Assembly: GCA_964486045.1 (NCBI GenBank)
Contig: CAZALK010000011.1
Location: 1 to 64,000 of the forward strand
Direction of reading: 5' to 3'
Source of the DNA: an uncultured archaeon
Lineage (GTDB): Archaea > Asgardarchaeota > Lokiarchaeia > Sigyniarchaeales > SOKP01
Length of the DNA: 64,000 nucleotides
Positions 40,928 to 52,210 of the stretch are shown piece after piece. The position numbers and the translations under genes were made by a program. Below the pieces are notes generated by a model. It was not told where the DNA came from and did not search any database. It worked only from the letters and a program-made list of their open reading frames with translations. Within the stretch, counting starts at the first letter, position 1, and each line of letters starts with the position of its first letter.

Positions 40928-42004
40928 ATGAACACAAATCACACTATATATTTCAAAGATTCATCTGATATGAGTGAGTTACAGTCAAATTCTATTGATT
41001 TAATGATCACATCACCACCTTACCCCATGATAGAGATGTGGGATGCGTTATTTTCTTCTTTTAATGATGATATAAAACTAGCACTCGAAGAAAAGGATGG
41101 AAAAAGTGCATTTAATTATATGCATGAAGAGTTAGACAAGGTATGGCGAGAAGTCGCGCGTGTTTTAAAATCGGGGGGAATAGCTTGTATTAATATTGGA
41201 GATGCTACAAGAAAAATCAAAAATAGTTTCCAATTATATCCAAATCATGTTAAAATTACTAATTTTTTTCTGAATAGTGATTTTAATGAATTACCTTGCA
41301 TATTATGGAGAAAACCAACAAATATTCCAAATAAGTTTCTAGGTTCTGGGATGTTACCTCCTAATGCGTATGTTACTCTGGAACATGAATATATTTTGAT
41401 TTTTAGAAAAGGTAAAACTAAAAGAAAAATCCCCCCCAAATCAAAGAATAGATACAATAGTGCTTTTTTTTGGGAAGAAAGGAATAGATGGTTTTCTGAT
41501 ATATGGAAAAATATAAGAGGTATTTCTCAAAAATTAAAAGCTGATAATGGTATTCAAAAAAATTTGAGAGAACGCTCAGCAGCTTTCCCATTAGAATTAC
41601 CATATCGATTAATTAATATGTTTTCAATATATGAAGATTATATTTTAGATCCATTCTGGGGAACAGGCACTACTTCATTAGCTTCGATGATCTCAATGAG
41701 AAACTCATTTGGGTATGAATTAAATACTAACTTTTTAGAAATATTCAAAAAAAATGTAAACAATTCAAAGCAATTAAATATTGATATTAATAAAAAGAGG
41801 TTAAATAATCACATCAAATTTATTGACAATTACAGCAAGAAAGGAAAAGATATTAAATATAAATCAATTCACTATAAATTTCCTGTCATGACTAAACAAG
41901 AAACGAATTTTTTATTATATTCGATTAAAGATTGCAAGGAGAATCGAAATAAAATTATAATTGACCATGAAACTTTTAATATTGCCAATTTTATTGATGA
42001 ATGA
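40928..42004 (+). CDS. Beta-class DNA methyltransferase (probable N4-cytosine)
   Basis: TSPPY motif IV precedes ILDPFWGTGTT motif I. Confidence 0.88.
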   Translation: MNTNHTIYFKDSSDMSELQSNSIDLMITSPPYPMIEMWDALFSSFNDDIKLALEEKDGKSAFNYMHEELDKVWREVARVLKSGGIACINIGDATRKIKNSFQLYPNHVKITNFFLNSDFNELPCILWRKPTNIPNKFLGSGMLPPNAYVTLEHEYILIFRKGKTKRKIPPKSKNRYNSAFFWEERNRWFSDIWKNIRGISQKLKADNGIQKNLRERSAAFPLELPYRLINMFSIYEDYILDPFWGTGTTSLASMISMRNSFGYELNTNFLEIFKKNVNNSKQLNIDINKKRLNNHIKFIDNYSKKGKDIKYKSIHYKFPVMTKQETNFLLYSIKDCKENRNKIIIDHETFNIANFIDE

Positions 42005-42156
42005 TACATTCATTATAAAATTTAATCTCAGAGAATAATTTAGAATTCTTCATTAATCGTTTGACCATTACATTTCATTAACATTTATAAGTAAACAACT
42101 CAACTTTCAATTAAAAGCATTAACAGATAATTTTATCATTCATTTAATAGAACAAG

Positions 42157-42973
42157 TTGAATTCAAATGAGGTAGAATTTTTCATGAAAGAAGATGATAA
42201 CTACGTAGTTCAGTTGAAAAGTCAGATACGGAAATTAAAATTAGAAATAGAAAAAAAAAATCAAGAAAATAATTCATTTATTGAAAGAATTCAGGATAAT
42301 GAGGAAGAGCTTATGAAACTTCATGAACTTACTTCAAAAACACCCACTCAAGAAAATACTCAAGATTTAATTAAATCTAAGTTTGATTTTAAATTAAAAG
42401 AGAAAAATAGGGAGATTAGGGACTTAAAAAGTCGAATGGGATATTTAAGAAAAGAAAAAACCATGGTTCAAAGAGAACTTGAGGAATTAATAATATCAAG
42501 TAAATCATCCGCGATGTCTATAGAAAAAATAAGGGAGGAGGAAAAATATGCTAAAGATTTGTTAAATCTTGAAACATTGAATAATGATTTACGCAGAAAA
42601 TTGGATATGCAAAAAATTTTAATTAGTAAATTGAGAAATGAAATTGGAGAAAAAAAGAATCAAATTAATAATATAAGTCTGAAAGCGAAAGAATTAAATC
42701 AAAGATTAAAAAATCAAAATTCAAATTTAGAAGGGAAATTTTTCAATGAAAAAAAAAAAAAAAAAGCTCAAAAAAGGTTTGCAAAAGGAACTAAATGAAT
42801 CTAAAAAACAAATTGATGACTTAAAAAATCAATTATCTAAATACAAGAGACCTAAGAGAGATAAAATAAAAAATGATATTGAAATACAGGACCTTGAAAA
42901 TAAGATTACCCTTTTAAAAGAAGATTTGGATAGAAAAGATGGTATAATTAGCAGACTCAAGTCAAAGAATTAA
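42157..42973 (+). CDS. Coiled-coil protein, frameshifted at a 17-A run (42749-42765)
   Basis: Two overlapping coiled-coil ORFs (42157-42798 and 42746-42973) change frame at the homopolymer. Confidence 0.6.
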
Positions 42974-43026
42974 CCATTAAAATTCCATAATGCTTTATTG
43001 ATAAGTTTTCATTAATTGAACTAATT

Positions 43027-43971
43027 CTAAACTGATTCTAAAAATTTATAAGCTATGAACAAGAAGGAGTCGCTTACATTTTCACCAGTTTTAGCTGAAG
43101 TGAGAATATAATTGAAACCATGTCGATCTGCTACCTCTTTTATGTCTTCTTCGCTTATGACTATTTCCTCTGTTAAATCTGACTTGTTTCCTATTAAAAC
43201 AATGGTTAACTCCGTCTCAATTTGTTTTTTGATTTCATTATGCCAAATCTCAAAACTTTCTAATGCGTTTGATCGCGTTCTATCTAATACGATAAATGCG
43301 GAATTAGCACCATTAAAAAATCTTTTTCGATACGGTGCCATTTGGATTATCTGTCCTCCTATATCCCAAATAACAAAATCCATCATAGTTTCTTCACTTA
43401 AACTCAATTTTTTCTGAGAAATTTCAACGCCTATAGTTGATTGATAACTTTCTACAAAAGAATTATCCACGAATCTATTAATCAACGAAGTCTTACCTGC
43501 TTTATAATCGCCTGTAATAATTAGCTTAATTGGAAACTCCCCTGTTGGGATTCTTCCATCTTTCGATTTGGCGAGAACCCTTAAAAGTGCGGGGATCTCG
43601 AGAGAAACATTTTCATTTCCCTCTAACAATAATTCTATTTTTCCAGCAATATGTTCTGAGAAGACCCTTAATTCCGTGTCAGATGTTGATAAATCTGAAA
43701 TCGTTAAGAGAATTGACTTTAAACCCATAGAACAGTATGCAAATTTCTTATCCCCGATTATTGTAATATTGAAAAAATTAGTTTCCCCACTAAATTCACC
43801 TTTAATTCTATCAATATAACTATCCACTGTCGCGGCTATTGCTCCTAGTACAGTTTCATCTTTCGTATCTCCTCTACTTTCAGAAGATATTATCAATCCC
43901 TCCCGATCACTAATAACTACTGAAATTATTCCTTCAACATTGGTCATATATTTTATCAAAAGAGTTGACAA
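43027..43971 (-). CDS. Roadblock/LC7 domain fused to Rab-like small GTPase
   Basis: N-terminal EGIISVVISDREGLII roadblock signature. G1 GDYKAGKTS, TIGVE, G3 WDIGGQ, G4 NKSD, G5 SAK. Confidence 0.88.
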   Translation of the reverse strand: MSTLLIKYMTNVEGIISVVISDREGLIISSESRGDTKDETVLGAIAATVDSYIDRIKGEFSGETNFFNITIIGDKKFAYCSMGLKSILLTISDLSTSDTELRVFSEHIAGKIELLLEGNENVSLEIPALLRVLAKSKDGRIPTGEFPIKLIITGDYKAGKTSLINRFVDNSFVESYQSTIGVEISQKKLSLSEETMMDFVIWDIGGQIIQMAPYRKRFFNGANSAFIVLDRTRSNALESFEIWHNEIKKQIETELTIVLIGNKSDLTEEIVISEEDIKEVADRHGFNYILTSAKTGENVSDSFLFIAYKFLESV

Positions 43972-44220
43972 GAGATCTCTTAAAATCGTGATTCACCTTC
44001 TCTATGATTTTTTTTATATTCTTTAACTAATTAATCTTTTAATAACTGATATATTTATGCATTAGCAGATAACTTACGATAGAGCATAAAATTATATAAT
44101 ATATATTGATAGTACTTTTAATTATTATAAAAAGATTTTTTTTGCTAAACACCAAAAATAATATAAGAATATTATTTTGTATTTTCATAAATTAATCTCA
44201 TTTAAAATTAAAATTGAAAT

Positions 44221-47200
44221 TTGTCAGAAAAACTTGAAAAAATAGAATACTTTAAAATGGACTTATTTAATAAAAAGTGGAAAATTAGAGCCAAAACATT
44301 ATTTATTTTATTGTTCGCAATAATCCTTCCACTAATTCTTAATTTATCAGTACAAAACTTTTCTAATGGAGAAAATAATAACTTAAGTTATGATGGCGAC
44401 AATTTACAAGACTTACAGGTCTCTTCGAATAATCCCACGAATGTAAATTACTTTAGCTTTTATAAAAATATTACTATTGATCATACTAATGTAGCAGGAT
44501 CAGGAAGTCATACAAACTTTCCCCTGCTTATCTCTCTTACTGATACAGATTTACATGATGATGTCCAACCAGATGGTGATGATATTGCTTTTGCTATAGA
44601 GGCAGATTGGTTAGATCATGAAATAGAACTATTTAATCCTAGCTACACTCCAACTAAAGCTCAATTGATTGTTTGGATCAGAATTCCTTCACTATCTACT
44701 TCTATTGATACTATAGTAACTATGTATTACGGAAATTCAACAATTAATTCACGCCAAAATCCTGATGGTGTATGGGATATAAACTACGAGGCAGTATACC
44801 ATTTACATGATGATTTTTTCGACTCATCTTCGTATAATAAAGACGGAACAAATGGAGGTTCCATAGATATAGCAGGAAAAATAGGTGATGGCCAAGATTT
44901 TGAACAAAATGATAATAGTGACAATATAGATATAGGAACTTGGAGCATCATAGGAACGGAGATTACGATCCAAGCTTGGACAAGGTTTGAGTCTTTTTCA
45001 GTAGGAGATGCTCGGATTTTATCAAAAAATTCGGGTATAAGTGATAACACTGAACACCATGTATGGATGCTTGGAACTAACACCGGTCCAAATAGGTTAA
45101 GAGGAAGAATTAAAACAGGAACAAGTGATTCTTCTGGGACTTCAACAGTAATTGCATCATCAGGTGAATTATCAACAGGTACATGGTATCTGACTACTTT
45201 AGTCTACGATGGTTCTAATATTAGATTTGTACTTAACGGAAATCCTGTAGGATCATTTGGTAAATCTGGATCATTACGTGTTAATAATTGGCCAATAACT
45301 ATTGGGAATAATCCTACCGGATTCAAGCCAATAGATGCAATCATAGATGAAGTTAGAATTTCATCAACAGTAAGATCTAACGATTGGTTGTTAACTGAAT
45401 ATAACAATCAAAATGACCCCAGCATATTTTACTCAATAGGAGTAGAATTGCAAGTATCTATTCAACCTTCAAACTCAGATTATTTTAATTATTATAAAAT
45501 AATAACCATTGATCATACACAGGTCTCTGGAACCGGAAGCCATATAAACTTTCCTCTGCTGATTTCTGTCCTTGATGGAGATCTACATGATGATGTCCAA
45601 AGTACAGGAAACGATATTGCTTTCTCGTCTAATGGTCAATGGCTAGATCACCAGATCGAGTTATTTAACCAAACATATAATAATACACACGCTCAGTTGT
45701 TTGCCTGGGTTCGTGTTCCTTTTTTATCAACAACAGCGGATACTAATGTGACTATGTATTATGGCAATTTTACAATGAACTCGCGTCAAAATCCTGATGG
45801 TGTTTGGCATTTAAATGATTATCCAACTGGTTCAAGCTTAGACATCAAAGATAGTTCTTTTCCCAATAGCGATGGATCTTCAAACTATATGACATCTACT
45901 GATCAAGTTCCTGGAATGATTGGTGGGGCATTAGACTTTGATGGGAATAATGATTATATTAATATTATAAATACCCCAGAATTGCAAATTACTGGAGAAA
46001 TTACCGTTCAATTATGGTTTAAAACAGATTTAGTAAAAAATGATTATTTATTTAATAAGATGGGAGGTAACGGATATCGTGGATGGGATTTAAGCTTCAA
46101 TGATGATGTGGGTATAACTCCTGATGGGTGGATAGAATTTCGTATTAATGATGATGGTTGGGATCCAGGAAGTAGTGTTCCAGATAGAAGAGTTAATGCT
46201 GGGCAATGGTATCAAGTAGTTGCGGTTTATAAACCAAATGATTACTTAAAGTTATTTTTAAATGGGTCTATGGTATCGGAAAATACAATTGGAATACCAC
46301 CTTCTATATTTGATCCATCATTACCTGTACGTATAGCTAAAAGAGCTGATGGGTCGGGTACAAATTACGATGGAGTTTTTGACGAAGTTCGTATTTCCAA
46401 TATATCACGGTCAGACGGGTGGATTAATACTGAATATAATAACCAGTTCGATCCTAATTTGTTTTACTCCATAGGGTTTGAAAAAGATGCGAAGGAAACA
46501 GTATATCTTGAAGCCCAAATCAATGCAATTGACTTATATAGCAATTTAATACCCGATGCAAATGTTTCCTTAATAAAAAATGAGCAATTGATAGCTAGTG
46601 ATATTACTAATTCTAATGGGAGTGTGTCATTTTCAACTATAATTAAAGGGGAGTACAATTTTACTGTCTCAATTACTTCTAATATTGAAAATATAACCGA
46701 AATTGTTAATGCAACCTCCCAATCAATCCTAATCGATAAAGGTTTCCAAACAATTAATTTAATCTGTAATGTTAGTGTGAATTTCCTTGAAGTTTTCGAT
46801 GTTGATGGATTGCCTGTCGAATCTGGATGGATAATCGTTGAAAACAGCTCAAATTTGCTTCAAAACTGCACTCTTGATAGTTCTGGAAAAACTACCTTTT
46901 GGTGGGTGAACACTACACCATATGAGTATAATTATACTGTATATTATCAAAACCAAGATTACAATCCTGATACGCAGGAATTGTTTTCAGGAAACATAAG
47001 TTCTCCCGATACGATAATTCAAGTTCAAACAGAATTAACTACTGTTGAGTTTACTATTTCGATTATTGGAGTTGGTGATCCAGTTGGAGGTGCTAAGCTT
47101 AAATTAAAAGTTAATAATACCTTAGGGAGTAGTATAGTAAACTTGACAACGGACATAAGTGGAAAAGCAACACTACGGTGGTTGAATTCTTCCGGTATTA

Positions 47201-50200
47201 ATGGTAATTATTCATTAGAAATTGAATTTTTCGAACAGAATAGATATTTTAATATAACATTTAACGGTCCCCCCGTAGTAGATAATACTAACTTTTCGGT
47301 AGGAAATAAAGAATCTAAAGAGTTTCGAATTGCAATTAATCTTGCAGATTTTCAGACAGAACTTATTTCATTTAACCCAATAGATTATATCCAAGTTACT
47401 TGGGGAACTCAAGTAAAGTTCAGAGTTTTATTCAATGTTACTAAAGCTGTTGGACTCCCACCAGAAATTTTGGGTCCTAAGTATGCAGATTCTGTAACAT
47501 TTCAATTGTTACTTGGAGGAAATTCAGTTTATTCCGGACAGATGTTGAATGAGATCGATTATATGGGTAAGCATTATGCTGTTATTGATTCAACATTAAT
47601 TAATAGTGATGTAACGTATGTTATTAAGATTAGTGCTCAAAAATCTGGGTTTACATTACCACCTGATTTATTTCTTCAGTTAAATATCCTAAATAATGAC
47701 TTAGAATTGAATCAATCAGAAAATAACGATTCTGCTTTGTCCGTGTTTTGGTCAGATAGCGTTGATATGTCGTTAAATTCTTATAGTAAAAATATTGAGA
47801 GTTTTACTGTAGAAAATGCGATTTTTCAGGATAATAATCACGAATTTAACTTCTCAATTCCTGATATAGAGACCAATTGGAACTTATCTCATGTTATTTT
47901 CAACATATATAATATTTCTTGGGACAATATTACATCTAATATAAACATAACAATCGAAGACCCTTATGGTAATTTCTATATGTATCATAAGGATAATCAT
48001 ACGGGATGGGATTATAGTCAAGGAACATGGACTGGAATTTCTCTTTTCTTAGATAAGGAGAGCCCTACCGGTGATAATAATTTTGATTTTATTATTGGGG
48101 GATCATATAATAATCCTGTCGATATAATTGCCGAATCTTATTTCATAAGAGATACAGAAAATGTCGAATATCCCAAATTCAATCAAACAGACAGTATATC
48201 TATTCCTACTGAAGTCGAAGGGTGGGCAATTGAGAGTATCACTTTTGAAATCTCAGATTGTTATGAAACCTCTACATGGGCTAAGGCAAATTTATCAACG
48301 CTAACTAGTCTGAATATAACCACTAATGAAGATATCAAGTATTCCCTAGATTTTGGATACGAAAATGGGACAGGATTCTTGACTATTGATGATCGAAACA
48401 TTTATCCTGTAGGAAGTCAATTCTTGTTTAATGTAGAAGGATATACAAGTTTAAGTTTCAACACAAAAATTAAAGTCCAATATGTTCAAGAATTCTATAG
48501 AAACCAATATTTTGAGACTTATAATACTACGATTACTTTGAAAGATATAAATACTGGGGGAATCATCCAACTTTCCGCTTTAAGAAATAGTTGGGACGAA
48601 AATAATGCACATCTATTTATTAAGGGTATAAATGATGGTGTTTTGTATTATTACCCAACTGATATTTTAATGGAGATTATAATTGGGGGAATTACTTATA
48701 GCATTTCGGATAATTCGTTAGGGGAGGGATCGTTTACATTAGAAGGTTTTACTAAAAATGAACTTCAGAATGCGGATATTAACACGAATATACCTGTGAA
48801 TTTTAGTTTATTTCTATTAATCGAGAATTCTAAAACTGTGTATTATAAAACATTAGGAACACTTAATTATATAATTCGAGAAGCACCTTCTGAATTTGGA
48901 GTAGTTTCTTATGATTCCATTATGGGATATTATTTCCAACATATCGATACTTCAATAGTAGATGCTGATGAATATACTGTAAGGTTTACTTTCCAAAAAG
49001 ATCATTTTGAAACTACGATAAAAGATCTTGAGTTAATAGTTCAGAATCGATTAACTTTGATAAACGGAGAAGTAGAATTTTATAGAAGTATTGAGAATGT
49101 TTATGTCAAAGATGGTATGAATTTTACCCTTTTTTACACTGATACGCTAACTGGGGCAAAAATCACCAATTTAAAAACTCAATTTTTCATATGGGAGAAA
49201 TATTCAAGTAATGGCAGTGTAATAGAAACTAATCAATCTACAATTTTCACATCAAAGGATAATTCATATATCTTAGATTTTGATACTGAAACAAGATCAG
49301 TCGGAGAATACCTACTAATTGCTACATTGGATAAGGAGAATTATGATTATAAAAATGCTATGATCCTTTTATCTATAAACAAACGAGAAATTGATTATAC
49401 TATAGGTAATAGTTTTAAAAATAAACAAACAAGTGTTGTACAGGGAAATGTTATTCCGATCATCATAAATTTAACTGATCCAACACAAGGGGATATACCA
49501 TTACTAAATACTACAATTTCTCTAACAATAGGTGGTGTGGAATATGAGATTAAGGAACTCGCCAATGGAACCTATAGATTTGATTATCAAACAAGTAATG
49601 TTAATGCATTTTTTACTTCGACAACACTTAGAGGAGTTATCAATATTTCAAAAGAGAATTATAATTCTGAAGAATTTAGTATCATAATTGTAGTTGAGAT
49701 GCATGAGATTTTTCCTGGAATCCCAACATTCTACTTCTTACTAATTGTATCTGCTGTAGTTGCTATTACTGCTAGCCTTGTAGGATATAAGGTATATAAA
49801 TACGCCAAGATACCCACATTTGTTAAAAAAGTTAGAGCTATGAAAAAAGCAATTGAGGGAGATAAATCAATTTCTGAATCGCTCCTTTATCGTACTAAAA
49901 ATGCATTTATAGGAGAGAGAGTCAAAGATAAATGGGAAGATATTGGATTATCAGTGGAAAATATTTTAGGTTTAAAATCCGTAAAAGATATGAAGTCTGT
50001 CAAAATTGAACGTAGGATCAGTGAAACTGTTGAACGAAGAAACATTAAACCTACAGGGTTGATTGTCATGAAATGGGATGAAAGAATAGGCACGGAAATC
50101 ACGGCTAAATATCCAGAAGAAACTGCAATTTCAGAGAAAACTCTGATGCAAATATATAGCACACATGAATACAGTGGCGAAAAAGGAATAATTAATTTGA

Positions 50201-51144
50201 CTTCAGGACTGTTAAATATTATATCTTACTATGCAGGACCAGAAAAGGGATACTACTTAGTTTTACTCCTAAATATTGATGATGATCCTGATGTTTACGA
50301 AGGTGGTATGGCAGATATCTTAAGAGTTCTTTTAGATAACATCAAAGATGATTCATACAAACAACTGTTACCGTCACTTTTCCAACGGTTATCGGTTTAT
50401 CCTTCTCTCAGCGATGAAGAAATCTTAGCACTTCACTATCAAGATGAGATCAAAAGGATGATTATAGAAAACTTGAGGGATGTCGGTGTAATTACCAAAT
50501 CTGAATTAATGGTTTGGCTCAGAGAAAAATATACCGAAGGGTTTATTGACATAGACGCTACAATGCTTGAACTTCTAAAAAGAGATATTATAAAACAAGT
50601 TTCAGTTAAAGGAATCGCATCTGAATTGATACTGCTTACCAATGATTTTTTCATGCTTCGCGTTCCGCCTGCTAAGCTATTCGCAGATCCTGCAATTAAA
50701 GGATTACCAAGTAAATTTATAAAAGAATATAGAGAAGAGATTACAAGATTCTTCCAAAAATACCACCCAACAGCTGAAGACAACTTAAAAGTTATTGAAA
50801 TTTTAATAAACCCCCAGGCATACGAAACAATTAGATTATTAAGATCTTCAATAGTTACTTTGAGGGACTTAGAAAAGCTGAAGAAAAAAGGAGTGGAAGA
50901 TGTATATAGTATTTTGAAATTACTGTGGGATAACCAAATAGTTAAAGTTTTTAGAGATGAGAAAGATATTGAATATTATGCTCTCTTGTCTGATTTTTAT
51001 ATGGATTTAATATTTCCGAAGTATCTGTTAACAGTGATAAAGACAGCATATGAGCAAAAATCTCAGGTAAATAATGTATTAACTGAATATCTTAAAGTAT
51101 TAGAGGACACATACTTTGATTTAAAATCTCAAGAAAAAACCTAA
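44221..51144 (-). other. No substantial minus-strand gene in this interval (the + strand CDS is the real gene)
   Basis: Only short antisense shadow ORFs are present. Confidence 0.3.
44221..51144 (+). CDS. Giant (2307 aa) single-pass surface protein: two DUF2341+LamG units, Ig-like stalk, TM helix and cytoplasmic longin-like/helical domain
   Basis: Signal anchor, then two repeats of K.ITIDHT.V.G.GSH.NFP+LIS...DIAF...WL.H.IE...W+R+P...MYYGN followed by LamG-like DEVRIS...RS..W..TEYNNQ. TM helix at about 49720-49800. C-terminal domain of about 440 aa. Confidence 0.8.
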   Translation: MSEKLEKIEYFKMDLFNKKWKIRAKTLFILLFAIILPLILNLSVQNFSNGENNNLSYDGDNLQDLQVSSNNPTNVNYFSFYKNITIDHTNVAGSGSHTNFPLLISLTDTDLHDDVQPDGDDIAFAIEADWLDHEIELFNPSYTPTKAQLIVWIRIPSLSTSIDTIVTMYYGNSTINSRQNPDGVWDINYEAVYHLHDDFFDSSSYNKDGTNGGSIDIAGKIGDGQDFEQNDNSDNIDIGTWSIIGTEITIQAWTRFESFSVGDARILSKNSGISDNTEHHVWMLGTNTGPNRLRGRIKTGTSDSSGTSTVIASSGELSTGTWYLTTLVYDGSNIRFVLNGNPVGSFGKSGSLRVNNWPITIGNNPTGFKPIDAIIDEVRISSTVRSNDWLLTEYNNQNDPSIFYSIGVELQVSIQPSNSDYFNYYKIITIDHTQVSGTGSHINFPLLISVLDGDLHDDVQSTGNDIAFSSNGQWLDHQIELFNQTYNNTHAQLFAWVRVPFLSTTADTNVTMYYGNFTMNSRQNPDGVWHLNDYPTGSSLDIKDSSFPNSDGSSNYMTSTDQVPGMIGGALDFDGNNDYINIINTPELQITGEITVQLWFKTDLVKNDYLFNKMGGNGYRGWDLSFNDDVGITPDGWIEFRINDDGWDPGSSVPDRRVNAGQWYQVVAVYKPNDYLKLFLNGSMVSENTIGIPPSIFDPSLPVRIAKRADGSGTNYDGVFDEVRISNISRSDGWINTEYNNQFDPNLFYSIGFEKDAKETVYLEAQINAIDLYSNLIPDANVSLIKNEQLIASDITNSNGSVSFSTIIKGEYNFTVSITSNIENITEIVNATSQSILIDKGFQTINLICNVSVNFLEVFDVDGLPVESGWIIVENSSNLLQNCTLDSSGKTTFWWVNTTPYEYNYTVYYQNQDYNPDTQELFSGNISSPDTIIQVQTELTTVEFTISIIGVGDPVGGAKLKLKVNNTLGSSIVNLTTDISGKATLRWLNSSGINGNYSLEIEFFEQNRYFNITFNGPPVVDNTNFSVGNKESKEFRIAINLADFQTELISFNPIDYIQVTWGTQVKFRVLFNVTKAVGLPPEILGPKYADSVTFQLLLGGNSVYSGQMLNEIDYMGKHYAVIDSTLINSDVTYVIKISAQKSGFTLPPDLFLQLNILNNDLELNQSENNDSALSVFWSDSVDMSLNSYSKNIESFTVENAIFQDNNHEFNFSIPDIETNWNLSHVIFNIYNISWDNITSNINITIEDPYGNFYMYHKDNHTGWDYSQGTWTGISLFLDKESPTGDNNFDFIIGGSYNNPVDIIAESYFIRDTENVEYPKFNQTDSISIPTEVEGWAIESITFEISDCYETSTWAKANLSTLTSLNITTNEDIKYSLDFGYENGTGFLTIDDRNIYPVGSQFLFNVEGYTSLSFNTKIKVQYVQEFYRNQYFETYNTTITLKDINTGGIIQLSALRNSWDENNAHLFIKGINDGVLYYYPTDILMEIIIGGITYSISDNSLGEGSFTLEGFTKNELQNADINTNIPVNFSLFLLIENSKTVYYKTLGTLNYIIREAPSEFGVVSYDSIMGYYFQHIDTSIVDADEYTVRFTFQKDHFETTIKDLELIVQNRLTLINGEVEFYRSIENVYVKDGMNFTLFYTDTLTGAKITNLKTQFFIWEKYSSNGSVIETNQSTIFTSKDNSYILDFDTETRSVGEYLLIATLDKENYDYKNAMILLSINKREIDYTIGNSFKNKQTSVVQGNVIPIIINLTDPTQGDIPLLNTTISLTIGGVEYEIKELANGTYRFDYQTSNVNAFFTSTTLRGVINISKENYNSEEFSIIIVVEMHEIFPGIPTFYFLLIVSAVVAITASLVGYKVYKYAKIPTFVKKVRAMKKAIEGDKSISESLLYRTKNAFIGERVKDKWEDIGLSVENILGLKSVKDMKSVKIERRISETVERRNIKPTGLIVMKWDERIGTEITAKYPEETAISEKTLMQIYSTHEYSGEKGIINLTSGLLNIISYYAGPEKGYYLVLLLNIDDDPDVYEGGMADILRVLLDNIKDDSYKQLLPSLFQRLSVYPSLSDEEILALHYQDEIKRMIIENLRDVGVITKSELMVWLREKYTEGFIDIDATMLELLKRDIIKQVSVKGIASELILLTNDFFMLRVPPAKLFADPAIKGLPSKFIKEYREEITRFFQKYHPTAEDNLKVIEILINPQAYETIRLLRSSIVTLRDLEKLKKKGVEDVYSILKLLWDNQIVKVFRDEKDIEYYALLSDFYMDLIFPKYLLTVIKTAYEQKSQVNNVLTEYLKVLEDTYFDLKSQEKT

Positions 51145-51224
51145 AATCAATTCTCAAGATATAATCTCCTTTATTTTTAAATTTTAGTTCGAATTTTTTT
51201 ATTATAAATCCGTACCCGAGCAAG

Positions 51225-51278
51225 GCTTTCATCAAATAACTTTCCTTGGAGGGAATTTTTTTATTTGAATCATTAAAA
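51225..51278 (-). promoter_or_regulatory. Putative eukaryote-like SECIS element in the 3' UTR
   Basis: Minus strand AUGAU-UCAAAUAA-AAAAA-UUCC(CUCCAA)GGAA-AG-UUAUUUGA-UGAA: AUGA/GA core, perfect 8-bp helix, unpaired A run and apical mini-stem. The core starts 16 nt after the stop codon. Confidence 0.75.
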
Positions 51279-51289
51279 TAGATTTTTTC

Positions 51290-52210
51290 TCAATCACAAT
51301 CTTCTGCTTGCTGCCGATTAATTTTTATAAATGCTTCTTCCTGTAGATTTCTTTGCACTGATTTAACCGATCTATTTACTTGGTTTAAATATCTCATTGC
51401 ATTAATCTTTCCATCTCTTATATTTTGAACGAGTTCTTCCCTGTTAAGACCACCAGAAATAACTAATGCCGTTTGAAAGGAGTTATCCGGCGCTAATGTT
51501 TTAAAATCAACTTGTAAAGCAGATAATATTTCTCCAGCTTCGCTATATAAGGTGTTAGACAGATTTAATCTTCCTAAATCAACTTTAAAATCTTTTGTTA
51601 AACAGGTTTCGAAAAAAGTAGATTTTGTGATGGGTGAAAACCCCCCATGTATCCCCGAATCATCGTATTGGTAAATTATATCATACTTTTCATCATATCC
51701 AGATAGATCATTATCATATCCTGAAAGACCATTAATATCGAAATCGAATATGAAATACATTGAGAAATCATTTAAGTCATAATCTGAAGTATTTTTTATT
51801 GTGAAAAAAGTATTAATGTACGGTACTTTTGGACGGTTAAAAATATCTATGAATAGTCGAACATATTCATTTTTTCTAAAAGTAATCGGTTTAAGCTTTT
51901 CTTCTTCAATCATCTTTTTTAAATACTCAGAGATATTAAAATCCAATGTTATTCGATTTATTGTAGAACCCATTCTAGTATTGACCATATTATAAATTGG
52001 TGTGGGCTCAATATTCTTTAACAAAACAGGAATTGTGCCAATTCTCTCATCTTCTAGTTTAAAACTAAACCATGGCCCTGCTAATTCTTGTTCAGCTAGA
52101 TATATTAAGTGTCTTTCGTCAAATTTTAATTCTTTTATTGAGAATCCCATAAGATACCCAGCAGCGTTTCAAGTGGCAAATATTTCATTGAATTGAACTT
52201 TTAATACAAT
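51290..52210 (-). CDS. Candidate selenoprotein of unknown function (306 aa, Sec at residue 14)
   Basis: SD AGGAGGT (52226-52220), ATT at 52210, frame (M)VLKVQFNEIFAT-TGA-NAAGYL-MGFS continuous with the tracked ORF. TGA at 52171-52169. SECIS-like element downstream. Confidence 0.7.

Noticed and set aside
45787-45815. Second DUF2341/LamG unit lacks about 8 aa relative to the first (NPDGVW-HLND)
   Set aside because: An in-frame short deletion with no sign of an intron or recoding.
51226-51236. UGAUGA read as box C of a C/D sRNA
   Set aside because: There is no suitably placed CUGA box D. The bases are better explained as the 3' side of the SECIS helix and core.
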